Positions 57,601-64,000 of a stretch of 64,000 nucleotides of DNA are shown one piece after another (the first letter of the stretch is position 1; the number at the start of each line of letters is the position of its first letter). The stretch is from Eledone cirrhosa (taxonomy: Eukaryota). Position numbers and translations under genes: made by a program. The stretch is from positions 15,376,001 through 15,440,000 of the forward strand of contig OZ024741.1 of assembly GCA_964016885.1 (NCBI GenBank), read 5' to 3'. The notes below the pieces were generated by a model that saw only the letters and a program-made list of their open reading frames with translations, was not told the origin of the DNA and searched no databases.

Positions 57601-60600
57601 GTAGCATCAATAACACAGCAATTGCAACAGCAGCAACAACAACAACTGCAGCAGTAGCATCAATAACACAGCAATTGCAACTGCAGAAACAACAACAACT
57701 GCAACAGTTGCATCAATAACACAGCAATTGCAACAGCAGCAACAACATCTGCAACAGTAACATCAATAACACAGCAATTGCAACAGCAGCAACAACAACT
57801 GCAACAGTAGCATCAATAACACAGCAATTGCAACAGCAGCAACAACAAAAACTGCAACAGTAGCATCAATAACACAGCAATTGCAACAGCAGCAACAACA
57901 AAAACTGCAACAGTAACATCAATAACACAGCAATTGCAACAGCAGCAACAACAACTGCAACAGTAGCATCAATAACACAGCAATTGCAACAGCAGCAACA
58001 ACAAATACTGCAACAGTAGCATCAATAACACAGCAATTGCAACAGCAGCAACAACATCTGCAACAGTAACATCAATAACACAGCAATTGCAACAGCAGCA
58101 ACAACAAAAACTGCAACAGTAGCATCAATAACACAGCAATTGCAACAGCAGCAACAACAAAAACTGCAACAGTTGCATCAATAACACAGCAATTGCAACA
58201 GCAGCAACAACACCTGCAACAGTAACATCAATAACACAGCAATTGCAACAGCAGCAACAACAACTGCAACAGTAGCATCAATAACACAGCAATTGCAACA
58301 GCAGCCACAACAACAACTGCAACAGTAGCATCAATAACGCAGCAATTGCAACAGCAGCAACAACAACAACTGCAGCAGTAGCATCAATAACACAGCAATT
58401 GCAACAGCAGCCACAACAACTGCAACAGTAGCATCAATAACACAGCAATTGCAACAGCAGCAGCAACAACAACTGCAACAGTAGCATCAATAACACAGCA
58501 ATTGCTACAGCAGCAACAACAACAACTGCAACAGTAGCATCAATAACATAACAATTGCAACAGCAGCAACAACAACAACTGCAACAGTAGCATCAATAAC
58601 ACAGCAATTGCAACAGCAGCCACAACAACAACTGCAACAGTAGCATCAATAACACAACAATTGCAACAGCAGCAACAACAACAACTGCAACAGTAGCATC
58701 AATAACACAGCAATTGCAACAGCAGCAACAACAACAACTGCAACAGTAGCATCAATAACGCAGCAATTGCAACAGCAGCAGCAACAACAACTGCAATAGT
58801 AGCATCAATAAAACAGCAATTGCAACAGCAGCAGCAACAACAACTGAAACAGTAGCATCAATAACACAGCAATTGCAACAGCAGCAACAACAACAACTGC
58901 AACAGTAGCACCAATAACACATCAATTGCAACAGCAGCAGCAACAACAACTGCAACAGTAGCATCAATAACACAGCAATTGCAACAGCAGCAACAACAAC
59001 AACTGCAACAGTAGCATCAATAACACAGCAATTGCAACAGCAGCAACAACAACAACTGCAACAGTAGCATCAATAACACATCAATTGCAACAGCAGCCAC
59101 AACAACAACTGGAACAGTAGCATCAATATCACAGCAATTGCAACAGCAGCAACAACAACAACTGCAACAGTAGCATCAATATCACAGCAATTGCAACAGC
59201 AGCAACAACAATAACTGAAACAGTAGCATCAATAACACAGCAATTGCAACAGCAGCAGCAACAACAACTGCAACAGAAACATCAATAACACAGCAATTGC
59301 AACAGCAGCAACAACATCTGCAACAGTAGCATCAATAACACAGCAATTGCAACAGCAGCAACAACAACAACTGAAACAGTAGCATCAATAACACAGCAAT
59401 TGCAACAGCAGCAACAACATCTGCAACAGTAGCATCAATAACACAGCAATTGCAACAGCAGCAACAACAACAACTGCAGCAGTAGTATCAATAACACAGC
59501 AATTGCAACTGCAGAAACAACAACAACTGCAACAGTTGCATCAATAACACAGCAATTGCAACAGCAGCAACAACAACAACTGCAGCAGTAGCATCATAAC
59601 ACAGCAATTGCAACAGCAGCAACAACAACATCTGCAACAGTAGCATCAATAACACAGCAATTGCAACAGCAGCAACAACAACAACTGCAGCAGTAGCATC
59701 AATAACACAGCAATTGCAACTGCAGAAACAACAACAACTGCAACAGTAGCATCAATAACACAGCAATTGCAACAGCAGCAACAAAAACAACTGCAGCAGT
59801 AGCATCAATAACACAGCAATTGCAACTGCAGAAACAACAACAACTGCAACAGTTGCATCAATAACACAGCAATTGCAACAGCAGCAACAACAACAACTGC
59901 AGCAGTAGCATCAATAACACAGCAATTGCAACTTCAGAAACAACAACAACTGCAACAGTAGCATCAATAACACAGCAATTGCAACAGCAGCAGCAACAAC
60001 AACTGCAACAGTAGCTTCAATAACACAGCAATTGCAACAGCAGCAACAACAACAACTGCAACAGTAGCATCAATAACACAGCAATTGCAACAGCATCAAC
60101 AACACCAACTGCAACAGTAGCATCAATAACACAGCAATTGCAACAGCAGCAACAACAACTGCAACAGCAGCATCAATAACACAGCAATTGCAACAGCAGC
60201 AACAACAACTGCAACAGCAGCATCAATAACACAGCAATTGCAACAGCAGCAACAACAATAACTGCAACAGTAGCATCAATAACACAGCAATTGCAACAGC
60301 AGCAACAACAACTGCATCAGTAGCATCAATAACACAGCAATTGCAACAGCAGCAACAACAACAACTGAAACAGTAGCATCAATAACACAGCAACTGCAAC
60401 AGCAGCAACAACAACAACTGAAACAGTAGCATCAATAACACAGCAATTGCAACATCAGCAACAACAACAACTGAAACAGTAGCATCAATATCACAGCAAT
60501 TGCAACAGCAGCAACAACAACTGCAACAGCAGCATCAATAACACAACAATTGCAACAGCAGCAACAACAACAACTGAAACATTAGCATCAATAACACAGC

Positions 60601-63600
60601 AATTGCAACAGCAGCAACAACAACTGCAACAGCAGCATCAATAACACAGCAATTGCAACAGCAGCAACAACAATAACTGCAACAGTAGCATCAATAACAC
60701 AGCAATTGCAACAGCAGCAACAACAACTGCAAAAGCAGCATCAATAACACAACAATTGCAACAGCAGCAACAACAACAACTGAAACAGTAGCATCAATAA
60801 CACAGCAATTGCAACAGCAGCAACAACAACAACTGCAACAGTAGCATCAATAACAGGGCAATTGCAACAGCAGCAACAACAACAACCGCAACAGTAGCAT
60901 CAATAACACAGCAATTGCAACAGCAGCAACAACACCAACTGCAACAGTAGCAACAATAACACAGCAATTGCAACAGCAACAACAACAACTGCAACAGTAG
61001 CATCAATAACACAGCAATTGCAACAGCAGCAACAACAACAACTGCAAAGTAACATCAATATCACAGCAATTGCAACAGCAGCAACAACAATAACTGCAAC
61101 AGTAGCATCAATAACACAGCAATTGCAACAGCAGCAGCAACAACAACTGCAACAGTAGCATCAATAACAAAGCAATTGCAACAGCAGCAACAACAACAAC
61201 TGCAACAGTAGCATCAATAACACAGCAATTGCAACAGCAGCAGCAACAACAACTGCAACAGTAGCATCAATAACAAAGCAATTGCAACAGCAGCAACAAC
61301 AACAACTAAAACAGTAGCATCAATAACAAAGCAATTGCAACAGCAGCAACAACAACAACTGCAACAGTAGCATCAATAACACAGCAATTGCAACAGCAGC
61401 AGCAACAACAACTGCAACAGTAGCATCAATAACAAAGCAATTGCAACAGCAGCAACAACAACAACTGCAACAGTAGCATCAATAACACAGCAATTGCAAC
61501 AGCAGCAGCAACAACAACTGCAACAGTAGCATCAATAACAAAGCAATTGCAACAGCAGCAACAACAACAACTGCAACAGTAGCATCAATAACACAGCAAT
61601 TGCAACAGCAGCAGCAACAACAACTGCAACAGTAGCATCAATAACACAGCAATTGCAACAGCAGCAACAACAACAACTGCAACAGTAGCATCAATAACAC
61701 AGCAATTGCAACAGCAGCAACAACAACAACTGCAACAGTATCATCAATAACACATCAATTGCAACAGCAGCAACAACAACTGCAACAGTAGCATCAATAA
61801 CACAGCAATTGCAACAGCAGCAACAACAATAACTGCAACAGTAGCATCAATAACACAGCAATTGCAACAGAAGCAACAACAACAACTGCAGCAGTAGCAT
61901 CAATAACACAGCAATTGCAACAGCAGAAACAACAACAACTGCAACAGTTGCATCAATAACACGGCAATTGCAACAGCAGCAACAACAACTGCAACAGTAG
62001 CATCAAAACACAGCAATTGCAACAGCAACAACAATAACTGCAACAATAGCATCAATAACACAGCAATTGCAACAGCAGCAACAACAACTGCAACAGCAGC
62101 ATCAATAATACAACAATTGCAACAGCAGCAACAACAACAACTGAAACAGTAGCATCAATAACACAGCAATTGCAACAGCAGCAACAACAACTGCAACAGT
62201 AGCATCAATAACACAGCAATTGCAACAGCAACAACAACAACTGCAACAGTAGCATCAATAACACAGCAATTGCAACAGCAGCCACAACAACAACTGCAAC
62301 AGTAGCATCAATAACACAACAATTGCAACAGCAGCAACAACAACAACTGCAACAGTAGCATCAATAACAAAGCAATTGCAACAGCAGCAGCAACAACAAC
62401 TGCAACAGTAGCATCAATAACACAGCAATTGCAACAGCAGCCACAACAACAACTGCAACAGTAGCATCAATATCACAGCAATTGCAACAGCAGCAGCAAC
62501 AACAACTGCAACAGTAGCATCAATAACACAGCAATTGCAACAGCAGCAACAACAACAACTGCAACAGTAGCATCAATAACACAGCAATTGCAACAGCAGC
62601 AGCAACAACAACTGCAACAGTAGCATCAATAACACAGCAATTGCAACAGCAGCAACAACAACAACTGCAACAGTAGCATCAATAACACAGCAATTGCAAC
62701 AGCAGCAACAACAACAACTGCAACAGTAGCATCAATAACACAGAAATTGCAACAGCAGCCACAACAACAACTGCAACAGTAGCATCAATATCACAGCAAT
62801 TGCAACAGCAGCAACAACAACAACTGCAACAGTAGCATCAATATCACAGCAATTGCAACAGCAGCAACAACAATAACGGAAACAGTAGCATCAATAACAC
62901 AGCAATTGCAACAGCAGCAGCAACAACAACTGCAACAGAAACATCAATAACACAGCAATTGCACAGCAGCAACAACATCTGCAACAGTAGCATCAATAAC
63001 ACAGCAATTGCAACAGCAGCAACAACAACAACTGAAACAGTAGCATCAATAACGCAGCAATTGCAACAGCAGCAACAACATCTGCAACAGTAGCATCAAT
63101 AACACAGCAATTGCAACAGCAGCAACAACAACAACTGCAGCAGTAGCATCAATAACACAGCAATTGCAACTGCAGAAACAACAACAACTGCAACAGTTGC
63201 ATCAATAACACAGCAATTGCAACAGCAGCAACAACAACAACTGCAGCAGTAGCATCAATAACACAGCAATTGCAACTGCAGAAACAACAACAACTGCAAC
63301 AGTTGCATCAATAACACAGCAATTGCAACAGCAGCAACAACAACAACTGCAGCAGTAGCATCAATAACACAGCAATTGCAACAGCAGCAACAACAACATC
63401 TGCAACAGTAGCATCAATAACACAGCAATTGCAACAGCAGCAACAACAACAACTGCAGCAGTAGCATCAATAACACAGCAATTGCAACTGCAGAAACAAC
63501 AACAACTGCAACAGTAGCATCAATAACACAGCAATTGCAACAGCAGCAACAACAACAACTGCAGCAGTAGCATCAATAACACAGCAATTGCAACTGCAGA

Positions 63601-64000
63601 AACAACAACAACTGCAACAGTTGCATCAATAACACAGCAATTGCAACAGCAGCAACAACAACAACTGCAGCAGTAGCATCAATAACACAGCAATTGCAAC
63701 TGCAGAAACAACAACAACTGCAACAGTAGCATCAATAACACAGCAATTGCAACAGCAGCAGCAACAACAACTGCAACAGTAGCTTCAATAACACAGCAAT
63801 TGCAACAGCAGCAACAACAACAACTGCAACAGTAGCATCAATAACACAGCAATTGCAACAGCAACAACAACACCAACTGCAACAGTAGCATCAATAACAC
63901 AGCAATTGCAACAGCAGCAACAACAACTGCAACAGCAGCATCAATAACACAGCAATTGCAACAGCAGCAACAACAACTGCAACAGCAGCATCAATAACAC
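27661..64000. repeat. 50/53-bp satellite array, >36 kb, running off the window
   Basis: Consensus GCATCAATAACACAGCAATTGCAACAGCAGCAACAACAAC(AAC)TGCAACAGTA; single orientation; no insertions seen. Confidence 0.98.

Noticed and set aside
27661-64000. Poly-Q, Ala/Thr and poly-Cys/Leu ORFs (mucin- or antifreeze-like)
   Set aside because: Units of 50/53 bp shift frame each repeat and hit stops; ORFs are short artefacts of the satellite.
27661-64000. CRISPR-like regular spacing
   Set aside because: No unique spacers; pure tandem repeat in eukaryotic DNA.

Overview
Eukaryotic, AT-rich, microsatellite-dense DNA with no recognisable host gene; the SINE types and (TA)n density suggest a cephalopod or other mollusc (inference). 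Bases 1-26,445 are a mosaic of mobile elements, mostly flanked by (TA)n. They include a 5'-truncated, 5'-inverted Penelope-like retroelement (RT + GIY-YIG), about nine unrelated short element families (most carrying type I hammerhead ribozyme, HHR, cores), two CRE-type endonuclease fragments, a bipartite RTE derivative, tRNA-derived SINEs, a pogo/Tigger-like MITE and a Helitron-like element. After a 200-N gap, a CAG/CAA/CAC-rich repeat grades into a >36 kb 50/53-bp satellite with kb-scale higher-order duplications. The most notable pattern is that the HHR families repeatedly form asymmetric head-to-head hairpins in (TA)n. One family occurs as a ~424-438 bp more-than-unit-length repeat with different start points (retrozyme-like) next to the Penelope-like element that could mobilise it. 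All folds and alignments were done by eye; coordinates may be off by a few bases.
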